This document shows positions 29,034-37,876 of a DNA stretch of 64,000 nucleotides, in pieces (position 1 is the stretch's first letter; every line of letters starts with the position of its first letter). The DNA comes from Pseudonocardiaceae bacterium (GTDB lineage: Bacteria; Actinomycetota; Actinomycetes; Mycobacteriales; Pseudonocardiaceae): positions 11,817 through 75,816 of the forward strand of contig WHSZ01000020.1 in NCBI GenBank assembly GCA_009379845.1, given 5' to 3'. The notes beneath the pieces were generated by a model that ran no database searches, was not told where the DNA came from, and saw nothing but the letters and a program-made list of their open reading frames with translations. The position numbers were made by a program, and so were the translations under genes.

Positions 29034-29892
29034 CTCGGGATCGCCGAGTGCCCATGCGCGGGAGAATGTCGGTCCCCCACGGAAAGATCGTGTGGTGGGG
29101 GAACCCCCTTCGCGCGCGGGCGCGGATGGTCGTACGAGCGCGAGGGAGTAGGGCGTGCCGGGGTAGGGCGTACGGGGGTAGGGGCGTGTGTATGCAGAGC
29201 GCTGGCACGAAAAACGGGCGCTGAGGCGCGAAACGGGCGTAGACGCTAGATGGGCAGGAGGCGGAACGGGTACCCGGCCTGGCTAGGGCGGCGCACGAAC
29301 GGGCGCGCAAGCAGCCCGGCAACCGTTACCGTCGCCAGGCAGCCGAGCACGGCACGGGCGCCACCTCAAGAACGAGCGGGACTCGCTACGCACAACCGCC
29401 AGCTGACGAGCGGGAAGCCGCTTCGCGCAACCACCGGCCGACTAGCGGGAACCGCCACGCAACCGCCGATTACCGAGCAGGACACGCCCGCGCACGCACG
29501 GGCGTGCGGCGTGCGGTTTCTCGGACCAATCCGCACGACAGTCCGAAACGGACGGGATCACAGTACGTGCCCACCATCGATGCGCCGAGAACGCCGGCAC
29601 GCCAACGAATCTGTCCGCCCTAACCGGCCACGCGCCGCAATATCTCGACGGCACGAGACGACCCGCAGAACATCGTCCGGCCGTTCAAACGAACCGAAGG
29701 AGACCGTCGACCAACTAACGTCCGGCGGCACGGCCCGGCGGCACCAGACCGGAAACCGCCACATAGCGCTAAAACTAGGCTAGATAGTAGTTCATGAGGC
29801 CGCGATGAACGCGCTGTCCTGCGAAGATGCGCCGGTGGCGCAACCACAGGTAGAAACGTAACCAGACGGAAATGCCGGCCAGGCTCGAAAGG

Positions 29893-29992
29893 ACTAGAAA
29901 GGGGGCGACCCCCGCCAGGGGGGAGGGACGGGGGTCGCCTGGGGTTCAGTCCCGGGGGGTCGGACTGAACCGGCCCGGCGCAAGGCCGGGTA
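29893..29992 (-). ncRNA. 6C-family sRNA (B11/ncRv13660c-like)
   Basis: The minus-strand RNA has two perfect hairpins: GGUUCAGUCC-GACCCCCCG-GGACUGAACC and GGCGACCCCCG-UCCCUCCCCCCUGG-CGGGGGUCGCC. Their loops contain runs of 6 C. The second is followed by CCCUUUCU. The locus sits between ssd and the HAD gene, as 6C does in mycobacteria. The ends are approximate. Confidence 0.65.
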
Positions 29993-30146
29993 TATCCCAC
30001 TCTAACCCTTGAATGCCGCCTAGTCGCCAGCTTCGCCAAAATGGCGCTGCCCACTTTTGACACCGCGACGAAGGAAATCGTTTACGACCTGAGCAGCCCA
30101 ATCCGGCGACGCCCGGAGCTTCCAAGATCGTGTCGAGGGCACGCAT

Positions 30147-31124
30147 ATGCTGGACCACGTGGGCGAGTTCAGCAGCCGATCAGCACCCTCCGTGGGCGCC
30201 GCGCGGGACAAACGGGTCGAGCAAGGGGGACCCGAGGAGCAGCGCGAGCGCGTGGCCGCCGACAGGCAGCGGGCGAGCAACGGGCAGCGGGCGAACAACG
30301 CCCGGCCGCGCCCGCACATCGAACCCGCCCCCGCATCGACCCGCGTCGCCGCGTTCTTCGACCTGGACAAAACGATCATCGCGAAATCGAGCACGCTCGC
30401 CTTCAGCCGCCCGCTGTTCAAAGAAGGGCTCATCAACCGGCGGGCGGTACTCAAGAGCGCCTACGCACAGTTCGTGTTCATGCTCTCCGGCGCGGACGCC
30501 GACCAGACCGAACGAATGCGCGACTACATCACCCAGCTCTGCGCGGGCTGGGACGTCGAGCAGGTCCGTGCAATCGTCGACGAGACCCTGCACGACATAG
30601 TGGATCCGCTCGTCTACGCGGAAGCGGCCGAGCTGATCGCCGAACACAAAGCCGCGGGGCACGACGTCGTGGTGATCTCCGCGACCGGCGAGGAGATCAG
30701 CGCGCCGATCGCCACCATGCTCGGCGCCACCACCGCGGTCGGCACCCGGATGGTGGTCGCCGACGGCCGCTACACCGGCGAGATCGAGTTCTACTGCTAT
30801 GGCGCCAACAAAGCGGTGGCGGTCGCCGAGCTGGCCAACCAACACGGCTACGACCTCGCCGCCTGCCACGGCTACACCGATTCCAGCACCGACCTGCCGA
30901 TGCTGGAGGCCGTCGGCCACCCGTGCGCGGTGAATCCGGACCGGGCACTCCGCAAGGCGGCGGCCGAACGGGACTGGCCGGTGCTCACGTTCTCCAACCC
31001 GGTTTCGTTGCGGAGCAGGATGTTCTCCTCCTCAGGGGCGACGCTGGCGATGACCGCGGTCGGGCTCGGGGCGGTCGCGGCCGGCGCCACCTGGTATGGC
31101 CTGTTCCGCCGGCGTCGCGGATAG
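30147..31124 (+). CDS. HAD-IB family hydrolase (SerB-like, Rv3661-like) with C-terminal TM helix
   Basis: AAFFDLDKTIIAKSS (DxDxT) and GYTDSSTDLPMLEAVGHP. The C-terminus is ATLAMTAVGLGAVAAGATWYGLF. Confidence 0.85.
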   Translation: MLDHVGEFSSRSAPSVGAARDKRVEQGGPEEQRERVAADRQRASNGQRANNARPRPHIEPAPASTRVAAFFDLDKTIIAKSSTLAFSRPLFKEGLINRRAVLKSAYAQFVFMLSGADADQTERMRDYITQLCAGWDVEQVRAIVDETLHDIVDPLVYAEAAELIAEHKAAGHDVVVISATGEEISAPIATMLGATTAVGTRMVVADGRYTGEIEFYCYGANKAVAVAELANQHGYDLAACHGYTDSSTDLPMLEAVGHPCAVNPDRALRKAAAERDWPVLTFSNPVSLRSRMFSSSGATLAMTAVGLGAVAAGATWYGLFRRRRG

Positions 31125-31199
31125 CACTCGCCCGGCGGTACCGGAATCACCCACTCGTTTTCCGTGGCACAGCGAGTAAAGCGGGTGGTCGGAAAGTTC

Positions 31200-31510
31200 T
31201 TTACCGGTGCACCCGTCCGAGCTCTTGAAGTGATGGCCGTCACTGAGTAGAAAGAGGGTGCGGACTTCTTGTTGGCCAGGGACGTAGCGAAGAGAAGCTT
31301 CGTCCACCCCGATAAGGACTCCGTGCGCGGACTCCGGGCACCCACGCGCAGCACGCCGCGGGAGGCTTGTCGTCAAGGGATTGCGTACCGGGACGCCGGG
31401 CGCCGAGTCCAGATAGGTACGACACGAGTTGCACGCTTGGTAACCCGAGACGTCCGCGCGAGCAGGCGGCGCCCGCTGGCTTCGGCCGACGGGCGCCGCC
31501 AGCGTTTTGG
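31200..31510 (+). ncRNA. candidate Ms1 / MTS2823 / scr3559-type (6S-like) sRNA; 5' end not determined
   Basis: About 630 nt of ORF-free sequence lies after the HAD gene and contains a strong plus-strand terminator. From memory, the mycobacterial Ms1/MTS2823 (ncRv13661) locus occupies the same position and strand. I did not recognise a sequence-level match. Confidence 0.4.
31465..31508 (+). terminator. intrinsic terminator (end of the candidate sRNA)
   Basis: GGCGGCGCCCG...CGGGCGCCGCC gives 11 perfect bp, plus an inner GGC-UUCG-GCC, followed by AGCGTTTT. Confidence 0.6.
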
Positions 31511-31665
31511 GGGCGGTTTCCAGCCAGCGCGGACTACAGCGCTTCGTCTCCCGTGCCGATCACTTCCTTGTGGGCAGAGCGTGGGCAGAGCGTGGGCAGC
31601 GAACGTGAACGAAGAACGCTGACGCGCTCGGCGGCACGGCTGAACGGAACCCGACTGTTAGCGTG

Positions 31666-31694
31666 TTGACCGGGCACGGACATGTCAGTAACTT
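31666..31694 (+). promoter_or_regulatory. putative sigma-A-type promoter of the nagZ cluster: TTGACC - 17 nt - TAACTT
   Basis: The hexamers and spacing were read directly from the sequence. The 7-bp dyad CGGACAT/ATGTCCG overlaps the -10 region. Confidence 0.4.
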
Positions 31695-31759
31695 ACCGAT
31701 GTCCGCCTGCCGAGGTTAGAAGATCCCGACGGGACACCGGGCCACACAGGGAGGTTGTG

Positions 31760-33682
31760 GTGATTCCTCGATACGGCCGTCGCTTCCGGCAGGCCAAACT
31801 CCCCGCGCTGAACATGCTCGCCGCGCTGGCCGTCACCGGCGTCGCCGGCGCCGCACCGGCAAACGCGATCCCGGCCGAGCCGTCCGGCAGCCACCCGGCG
31901 ACGCCGGTGACGGTCGCCGGGAAGGCCACCCAACCAGCCAGCGGGGAACGGCGCATGAACACCGGTGCGGAACGGCGCACGAACGACTGGGCGGAAGAAA
32001 AGCTGCGCGGCATGACCCTCGAGCAGAAGGTCGGGCAGCTGTTCGTCACCTGGGTCAACGGGCAACGCGCGGACGAGGCGCACCCGAAGAACAAGGAGGA
32101 CTTCGGCGTGGACACCCCCGCCCAGGTCGTCCGGAAATACCACCTCGGCGGCGTCATCTACTTCAACAATGAGTCCAGGGACAACATCGACTCGCCGAAA
32201 CAGATCGCCGAACTGTCCAACGGGCTACAGAAGGCCGCCACCGGCGCCGGAGCCCGGGTACCCCTCACGGTGGCCACCGACCAGGAAGGCGGCACCATCA
32301 CCCGGATCGAAGCGCCGGCGACCGAGTTGCCGGGCGCGATGGCGCTCGGCGCGGGGCGCGGCGCCGCGCAAGCGAACCAGTCCGCCAGGATCAGCGGGCA
32401 CGAGCTACGTGCGATGGGTATCAACCAGAACTTCGCCCCGGACGCGGACGTCAACTCCAACCCGCTGAATCCGATCATCGGCGTGCGCTCGTTTTCGAGC
32501 GACCCCCAGCTCGCCGGCCAGATGGTCGACGCGCAGGTGCGTGGCTACCAAGACTCCGCCGAGCCGACCGAGACCACCTCGGCGGCTGCGAAGCACTTCC
32601 CAGGGCACGGCGACGCCGACACGGACAGCCACACCGGGCTCCCGCAGATCGACCGCACCGCCGAGCAGTGGCGCCAGCTCGACAAACCGCCGTTCCAAGC
32701 GGCGGTGGACGCGGGAGTCGAGAACATCATGTCCGCGCACATCAAGTTCCCCAAGCTTGATCCATCCGGCGAACCGGCCACGCTGTCCCGGCCGATCCTC
32801 ACCGGCCTGCTGCGCGAGGAACTCGGCTACAACGGCGTGGTCTCCACCGACTCGCTTAGCATGGAAGGCGTTCGCGAGATGCACCCGGACGCGGAGATCC
32901 CGGTGCTCGCGTTGAAGGCAGGCGTCGACCAGCTGGTGATGCCGGTGAACCTGGACGTGGCGAAAAACAGCGTGCTGAAAGCGGTGCGCAGCGGCGAGCT
33001 GACCGAGCAGCGCATCGACAAGAGCGTGCTGCGGCTGCTCAAGCTGAAGGCCAAGCGCGGCGTCGTGGCCAAGCCGTTCGCCGACGTGGACGCGGTGGAC
33101 GAGAAAGTCGGCAACGAGCAGAACCTGGCCGACGCGCAGCGCATCGCCGACCGCACCACAACGGTGTTGCGCAACGACGAGAACGCGCTGCCGCTAGAGG
33201 AGAAGCCGGGCTCGGTACTGGTCACCGGCTGGGAGGACACCAGCCGAGGCGTTCCGGTGCCGGAGAACCTCGCCAAGCACATCGGCGACCGGGTACCGAA
33301 CACGAAGGCGTTGACAACCGGGGCGGAACCCTCCGATGAGCGGATCAACCAGGCGGTATCCGCGGCCAAGGGCGTGGACACCGTGGTGGCCGTGGTCGGC
33401 CAGTCGGCCGACGACCCGGCGCAGCACAAGCTCATCGACCGGTTGCAGGCGACCGGCAAGCGGGTGATCACCGTGGTCGCCGAGGTGCCCTACGACGCGG
33501 GCTACCTGAACTCGGCGAAGACCATGCTGGCCAGCTACGGGTACAACGCGCCGACCCTGGAAGCGGCCACCAAGGTGATCTTCGGTGAAGCCTCCCCGCA
33601 GGGCAAACTGCCGGTCGAGGTGCCGGACGGGAACAACCCGGACCAGGTCCGCTTCCCGTTCGGCCACGGCCTGAGCTGGTAG
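31760..33682 (+). CDS. nagZ: secreted glycoside hydrolase family 3 beta-N-acetylhexosaminidase
   Basis: KHFPGHGDADTDSH motif and signal peptide LAALAVTGVAGAAPANA. GTG 31760 lies 6 nt after AGGGAGG (the track ORF starts at 31682). Confidence 0.9.
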   Translation: MIPRYGRRFRQAKLPALNMLAALAVTGVAGAAPANAIPAEPSGSHPATPVTVAGKATQPASGERRMNTGAERRTNDWAEEKLRGMTLEQKVGQLFVTWVNGQRADEAHPKNKEDFGVDTPAQVVRKYHLGGVIYFNNESRDNIDSPKQIAELSNGLQKAATGAGARVPLTVATDQEGGTITRIEAPATELPGAMALGAGRGAAQANQSARISGHELRAMGINQNFAPDADVNSNPLNPIIGVRSFSSDPQLAGQMVDAQVRGYQDSAEPTETTSAAAKHFPGHGDADTDSHTGLPQIDRTAEQWRQLDKPPFQAAVDAGVENIMSAHIKFPKLDPSGEPATLSRPILTGLLREELGYNGVVSTDSLSMEGVREMHPDAEIPVLALKAGVDQLVMPVNLDVAKNSVLKAVRSGELTEQRIDKSVLRLLKLKAKRGVVAKPFADVDAVDEKVGNEQNLADAQRIADRTTTVLRNDENALPLEEKPGSVLVTGWEDTSRGVPVPENLAKHIGDRVPNTKALTTGAEPSDERINQAVSAAKGVDTVVAVVGQSADDPAQHKLIDRLQATGKRVITVVAEVPYDAGYLNSAKTMLASYGYNAPTLEAATKVIFGEASPQGKLPVEVPDGNNPDQVRFPFGHGLSW

Positions 33683-33691
33683 CGAGCCGCC

Positions 33692-34981
33692 ATGCACACC
33701 CCCAGCCGCCGACACTTCCTCGCCGGGACACTGGCCGCGGCCGGAGCCACCCCACTGCTCGCGGGTTCCGCCGTCGCGGAGCCGTCGGCACGGTCCGAAA
33801 CGGAGTTCGCACGAGCGGGCAACGCGATCCCGGGTGCGGACGTGCTCGCCGCGCAGCGCTGGCAATCGCTCGCCGGCGCGAAACTCGGCGTGTTCTCCAA
33901 CCCGACCGGAGTGCTGCGCGGCTTCCAGCACATCGTTGACGACCTGGTGGCAGCCGACGTACGCCCGGCGGCCGCGTTCGGGCCGGAGCACGGATTCCGG
34001 GGCACCGGCCAGGCGGGCGGCTCGGAGGGCGACTACGTGGATCCGCGCACCGGCATTCCGGTGTACGACGCGTACCAGGTGACGGCGGACGATCTGGTGC
34101 GGATGTACCGCAAGGCCGGCCTCGACACCATCGTCTTCGACATCGCGGGCGTCGGCGCGCGGTTCTACACCTACACCTGGACCATGTACCTCGCGATGCA
34201 CGCGGCTGCCAGCACCGGTGCCCGGTTCATCGTGCTCGATCGGCCGAATCCCATTGGCGGGCAAGCCTTCGGACCGCAGCTCGACCCGGCTTACGCCAGC
34301 GGGGTCGGGCTCAAACCCGTCGTGCAGCAGCCCGGCATGACCTCCGGCGAGCTGGCGAAGTTGTTCGCGGGCGAGTTCCTGCCACGCGAACCCGGCGCCC
34401 CGGAACTATCCAGTTTGGACATCGTCGAGGTGCGGAACTGGCGCCGTGACCAGCTTTTCCCGGAGACCGGCCTCGGTTGGATACCACCGAGTCCGAACAT
34501 GCCGACCCCGGAGACCGCGCTGGCCTACCCCGGCACCTGCCTGTTCGAGGGCACCGTGCTCTCCGAGGGCAGGGGAACCACCCGGCCGTTCGAGATCATC
34601 GGCGCGCCGGGCATCGACTGGCGCCTCGCCGGGAAGCTGAACGAGCGGGGACTGCCCGGCGTGGAGTTCAGGGAAGCGTCTTTCGTGCCCACGTTCGGCA
34701 AGTTCGTGGACGAGACCTGTGGCGGGGTGCAACTGCACATCACCGATCCGGAACGGTTCGAAGCCATCCGCACCGCGATCGCGATGATCGTCACGGCGAA
34801 ACGGCTGCACCCCCGCATCTTCGCCTGGCGGGACGACCACTTCATCGACAAGCTGTCCGGCTCCGACAGGCTGCGCACCATGGTCGACGCCGGCGCGGAC
34901 GTCGCGGAGATCGTCGGCGCCTGGCAGGACGAGCTGACCGCGTTCCGCCGCCAGCGAGAGCAGTACTTGATCTACCGGTGA
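33692..34981 (+). CDS. DUF1343 protein (NamZ/YbbC-type exo-beta-N-acetylmuramidase family) with Tat signal
   Basis: SRRHFLAGTLAAAGATPLLAGSAVA twin-arginine leader. Length and position beside nagZ match the B. subtilis nagZ-ybbC arrangement. Confidence 0.8.
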   Translation: MHTPSRRHFLAGTLAAAGATPLLAGSAVAEPSARSETEFARAGNAIPGADVLAAQRWQSLAGAKLGVFSNPTGVLRGFQHIVDDLVAADVRPAAAFGPEHGFRGTGQAGGSEGDYVDPRTGIPVYDAYQVTADDLVRMYRKAGLDTIVFDIAGVGARFYTYTWTMYLAMHAAASTGARFIVLDRPNPIGGQAFGPQLDPAYASGVGLKPVVQQPGMTSGELAKLFAGEFLPREPGAPELSSLDIVEVRNWRRDQLFPETGLGWIPPSPNMPTPETALAYPGTCLFEGTVLSEGRGTTRPFEIIGAPGIDWRLAGKLNERGLPGVEFREASFVPTFGKFVDETCGGVQLHITDPERFEAIRTAIAMIVTAKRLHPRIFAWRDDHFIDKLSGSDRLRTMVDAGADVAEIVGAWQDELTAFRRQREQYLIYR

Positions 34982-34982
34982 G

Positions 34983-36722
34983 GTGCCCATGTTTCGTCGA
35001 GTACTCGCGATCTCGCTGGTGCTGGCCGCCAGCATGCCGATGACCGCGAGCGCGGCGCCAACCGCGAACGACTGGGTCGGCCGGTTCGACCGGCCGCAGG
35101 ACGGCTACGCCCCGGAAAGCACCATGCTGCGGGCCGGCACCCCTGAGGAAGTGAACCTGGACCGCGGCGCGCTGGACGCCGCCGCGCGGCGCATCGAGGC
35201 CTGGACCCACCCCGACCCGGGTACCGGGCATCCGCTGTACGCGGGCGCTGTCACGCTGCAGGCACACAACGGCGTGGTGGTCGACCGGCGCACCAGCGGC
35301 TACGCGGTGCGCTACGCGGACGGCGAGGGCACCGAGCTACCACCGCGACAGCGGGTACCAATGCGCGAGGACACGATCTTCGACGTGGCCTCGATCTCGA
35401 AGCTGTTCACCTCGATCGCGGTGCTGCAACTCGCCGAGGCCGGCAAGCTCGACGTGCACCAGCCGGTCGCGGACCACCTGCCCGAGTTCGGGGTGAACGG
35501 CAAGAAGTCCATCACCATCAAGCAGCTGCTCACGCACACCTCGGGGCTGGAGCCGGACCTGCCGCTGTGGCGCGACTACCCGGACAAGCCGTCCCGGATC
35601 AAGGCGGTGATGGATGTCGCACCACAAAGCCAACCCGGCACCGAGTACATCTACTCCGACCTGAACCTGATCACCCTCGGGGTGCTCGTCGAGCGTCTCA
35701 CCGGGACCACGCTTGACAACGCGGTACGGCAGGGCATCACCGAACCGCTCGGCATGACCGACACCGGCTACAACCCGCCGAAGTCCAAACTGGACAGAAT
35801 CGCGGCGACCGAGTACAGCGAGGACCCGCCGCGCGGCATGGTCCGCGGTTCGGTGCACGACGAGAACGCGTGGTCGCTCGGTGGTGTCGCCGGGCACGCC
35901 GGAGTGTTCTCCACGGCGCGTGACCTCGCCACGCTCGGCCAGGCGGTACTGAACGGCGGCGGTTACGCCGGCACCCGGATCCTGCGCGAGAGCACCGTCG
36001 AGCAGATGCTCACGAACTACAACACCGCGTTCCCTGATGACTCGCACGGGCTGGGCTTCGAGCTGAACCAGCGCTGGTACATGGGCGGGCTGTCCGCGCC
36101 GCGGAGCGCGGGGCACACCGGCTTCACCGGCACCAGCCTGGTGCTGGATCCGGCATCGCGCTCGGTGAACATCCTGCTCACCAACCGGGTGCACCCGTCC
36201 CGTGACTGGGGCTCGATCAACCCCGCGAGGGAGACGCTGGCCACCGGGCTGGCCAAGGCGATGGCGGTCCGTCCGGCCCGCGGCCGGGACGCCTGGCACA
36301 CCGCGATCGGCGACGCGGCCAGCGCGACGCTGCGCACCCAGACGCTGCGACCATCCGGTGCCGCGACCGCCGGCTTCGACGCCTTCGTGGACAGCGAAGA
36401 CACCGACAAGCTGACGTTGGAAGCCAGCGCGGACGGCAAGAACTGGCGCGCCGTACCGCTGCGGGCGGAAGGCGAGGGTGCGCCGCGCGGCGAAGTGAAG
36501 TCGCTGTCCGGCGCCGGGCACCGGGCGTGGTGGCGGGTTACCGCTTCGCTCGGCGATCGACCGGTTGCACTGCGTTGGCGATTCACCACCGACGAAAGCT
36601 ACACGGGACGCGGTATCTACCTGGATGACCTGCAGGTCAGGGATTCATCCGGCGTTTTACTGGACGGTGAACGGCGTCCGGAGGCGTTCACACCGGACGG
36701 CTGGCACCTCGCTCACCGGTAG
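34983..36722 (+). CDS. secreted serine hydrolase (beta-lactamase/PBP4* fold, AmiE/YbbE-like) with an extra C-terminal domain of about 160 aa
   Basis: Signal peptide, SxxK motif ASISKLF, YSDLN, and HTG motif AGHTGFTG. The C-terminal tail is not part of the beta-lactamase fold. Confidence 0.85.
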   Translation: MPMFRRVLAISLVLAASMPMTASAAPTANDWVGRFDRPQDGYAPESTMLRAGTPEEVNLDRGALDAAARRIEAWTHPDPGTGHPLYAGAVTLQAHNGVVVDRRTSGYAVRYADGEGTELPPRQRVPMREDTIFDVASISKLFTSIAVLQLAEAGKLDVHQPVADHLPEFGVNGKKSITIKQLLTHTSGLEPDLPLWRDYPDKPSRIKAVMDVAPQSQPGTEYIYSDLNLITLGVLVERLTGTTLDNAVRQGITEPLGMTDTGYNPPKSKLDRIAATEYSEDPPRGMVRGSVHDENAWSLGGVAGHAGVFSTARDLATLGQAVLNGGGYAGTRILRESTVEQMLTNYNTAFPDDSHGLGFELNQRWYMGGLSAPRSAGHTGFTGTSLVLDPASRSVNILLTNRVHPSRDWGSINPARETLATGLAKAMAVRPARGRDAWHTAIGDAASATLRTQTLRPSGAATAGFDAFVDSEDTDKLTLEASADGKNWRAVPLRAEGEGAPRGEVKSLSGAGHRAWWRVTASLGDRPVALRWRFTTDESYTGRGIYLDDLQVRDSSGVLLDGERRPEAFTPDGWHLAHR

Positions 36723-36901
36723 TACTCTCAGCATATCGACGGATTTACGAGTTCGCTCGGCTGAGCTAACAGGTGCATCGGAATACGCGATGTCTCCAGC
36801 AACTAGCGGAGAGTCGCGCTTGGACACGGTTCGATTGCATTAGACCGAAAGGGGGATCCCTCGGCTTGTCTCTTGGCCTTGACGGTTAGTAAGTTTCCCA
36901 C

Positions 36902-37876
36902 GTGAACGGTGAACCGGTGTTGACAGAAGAGCAACCAACAGGGGCGGCCGCAGCGGCGCAGCCCGAGCATCAGGAACCCAGCAGCCCGCTGGTGCGGATC
37001 CGCTCGTTGCTTCCCGGCCTGGCAAGGGCCGAGCAGCGAGTGGCCAAGGTCGTGCTGGACAACCCGGGGGCCGTGTCCCGGAACAGCATCACCGAAGTAG
37101 CCGAAGCCGCCGGCACGAGTGAGACCACGGTTACCCGGTTCTGCAAAGCCATCGGGGTGGGCGGCTACCCCGAACTGCGTATCGCGCTCGCCGCGGACAC
37201 CGCGCGGTCCGAGGCGCGTTCGGACCGCGACCTCGGCGGCGATATCGGCCCGGACGACGACCTCCGGCAGATCGTCGGCAAAGTCAGCTTCGCCGACGTG
37301 CACGCGGTGGAGGAAACCGCGCAGCAACTGGACGTGGCGACCCTCCAGCGGGTGGTGAACCTGGTGGCCGCCGCGGACCGGGTGGATGTGTACGGCGTCG
37401 GCGCGAGCGCGTTCGTCGCCGCGGATCTACAGCAGAAGCTGCACCGCATCGGCCGGATCAGCTTCTCGTGGAGCGACACGCACATCATGCTCACCTCGGC
37501 GGCGGTGCTGAAGGCCGGCGATGTCGCGTTCGGCATCTCGCACACCGGCGCCACGTTGGACACCGTAGAAACCCTGCGCGTAGCACGGGAACACGGCGCG
37601 ACAACCGTTGCGCTGACTAATTTCCCGCGATCGCCGATCAGTGAGGTCGCCGATCTGGTGCTCACCACGGCAGCGCGGGAGACCACGTTCCGCTCCGGCG
37701 CGATGGCCAGCAGGATCGCCCAGCTGACCGTGATTGATTGTCTTTTCATCGGGGTAGCCCAGCAGCATATGGCCGCCTCGATGCGTGCTCTGGACGAGAC
37801 AAGGGAGGCGGTGGGTTCGCACCGCCTCGGCGTACGCGCCGACGGTAGGCGCCGGACAAGGGAGAACGACAAATGA
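36902..37876 (+). CDS. murR: MurR/RpiR-family regulator (HTH_6 plus SIS)
   Basis: ITEVAEAAGTSETTVTRFCKAIG HTH and a SIS domain VYGVGASAFVAADLQQKL. Its stop overlaps the murQ start (ATGA). Confidence 0.85.
   Translation: MNGEPVLTEEQPTGAAAAAQPEHQEPSSPLVRIRSLLPGLARAEQRVAKVVLDNPGAVSRNSITEVAEAAGTSETTVTRFCKAIGVGGYPELRIALAADTARSEARSDRDLGGDIGPDDDLRQIVGKVSFADVHAVEETAQQLDVATLQRVVNLVAAADRVDVYGVGASAFVAADLQQKLHRIGRISFSWSDTHIMLTSAAVLKAGDVAFGISHTGATLDTVETLRVAREHGATTVALTNFPRSPISEVADLVLTTAARETTFRSGAMASRIAQLTVIDCLFIGVAQQHMAASMRALDETREAVGSHRLGVRADGRRRTRENDK

Noticed and set aside
28951-30063. Track ORFs in the ssd-HAD gap (28951..29322 -, 29250..29783 +, 29620..30063 -).
   Set aside because: The translations are Arg-rich and low-complexity, with no codon-position GC bias and no RBS. 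The last one overlaps the 6C hairpins. I treat the region as non-coding.
31269-31669. Short ORFs in the gap after the HAD gene (31269..31622 +, 31367..31669 +, 30872..31354 -).
   Set aside because: The translations are not protein-like, and the ORFs run through a strong terminator hairpin. The region is better explained as an sRNA locus plus a promoter region.
36818-36845. A tRNA-like T-arm fragment GGTTCGATTGC upstream of murR.
   Set aside because: There is no acceptor stem, anticodon arm or complementary T-stem (GGTTCGAATCC-type) around it. I found no tRNA, rRNA, tmRNA or RNase P signatures anywhere in the window.
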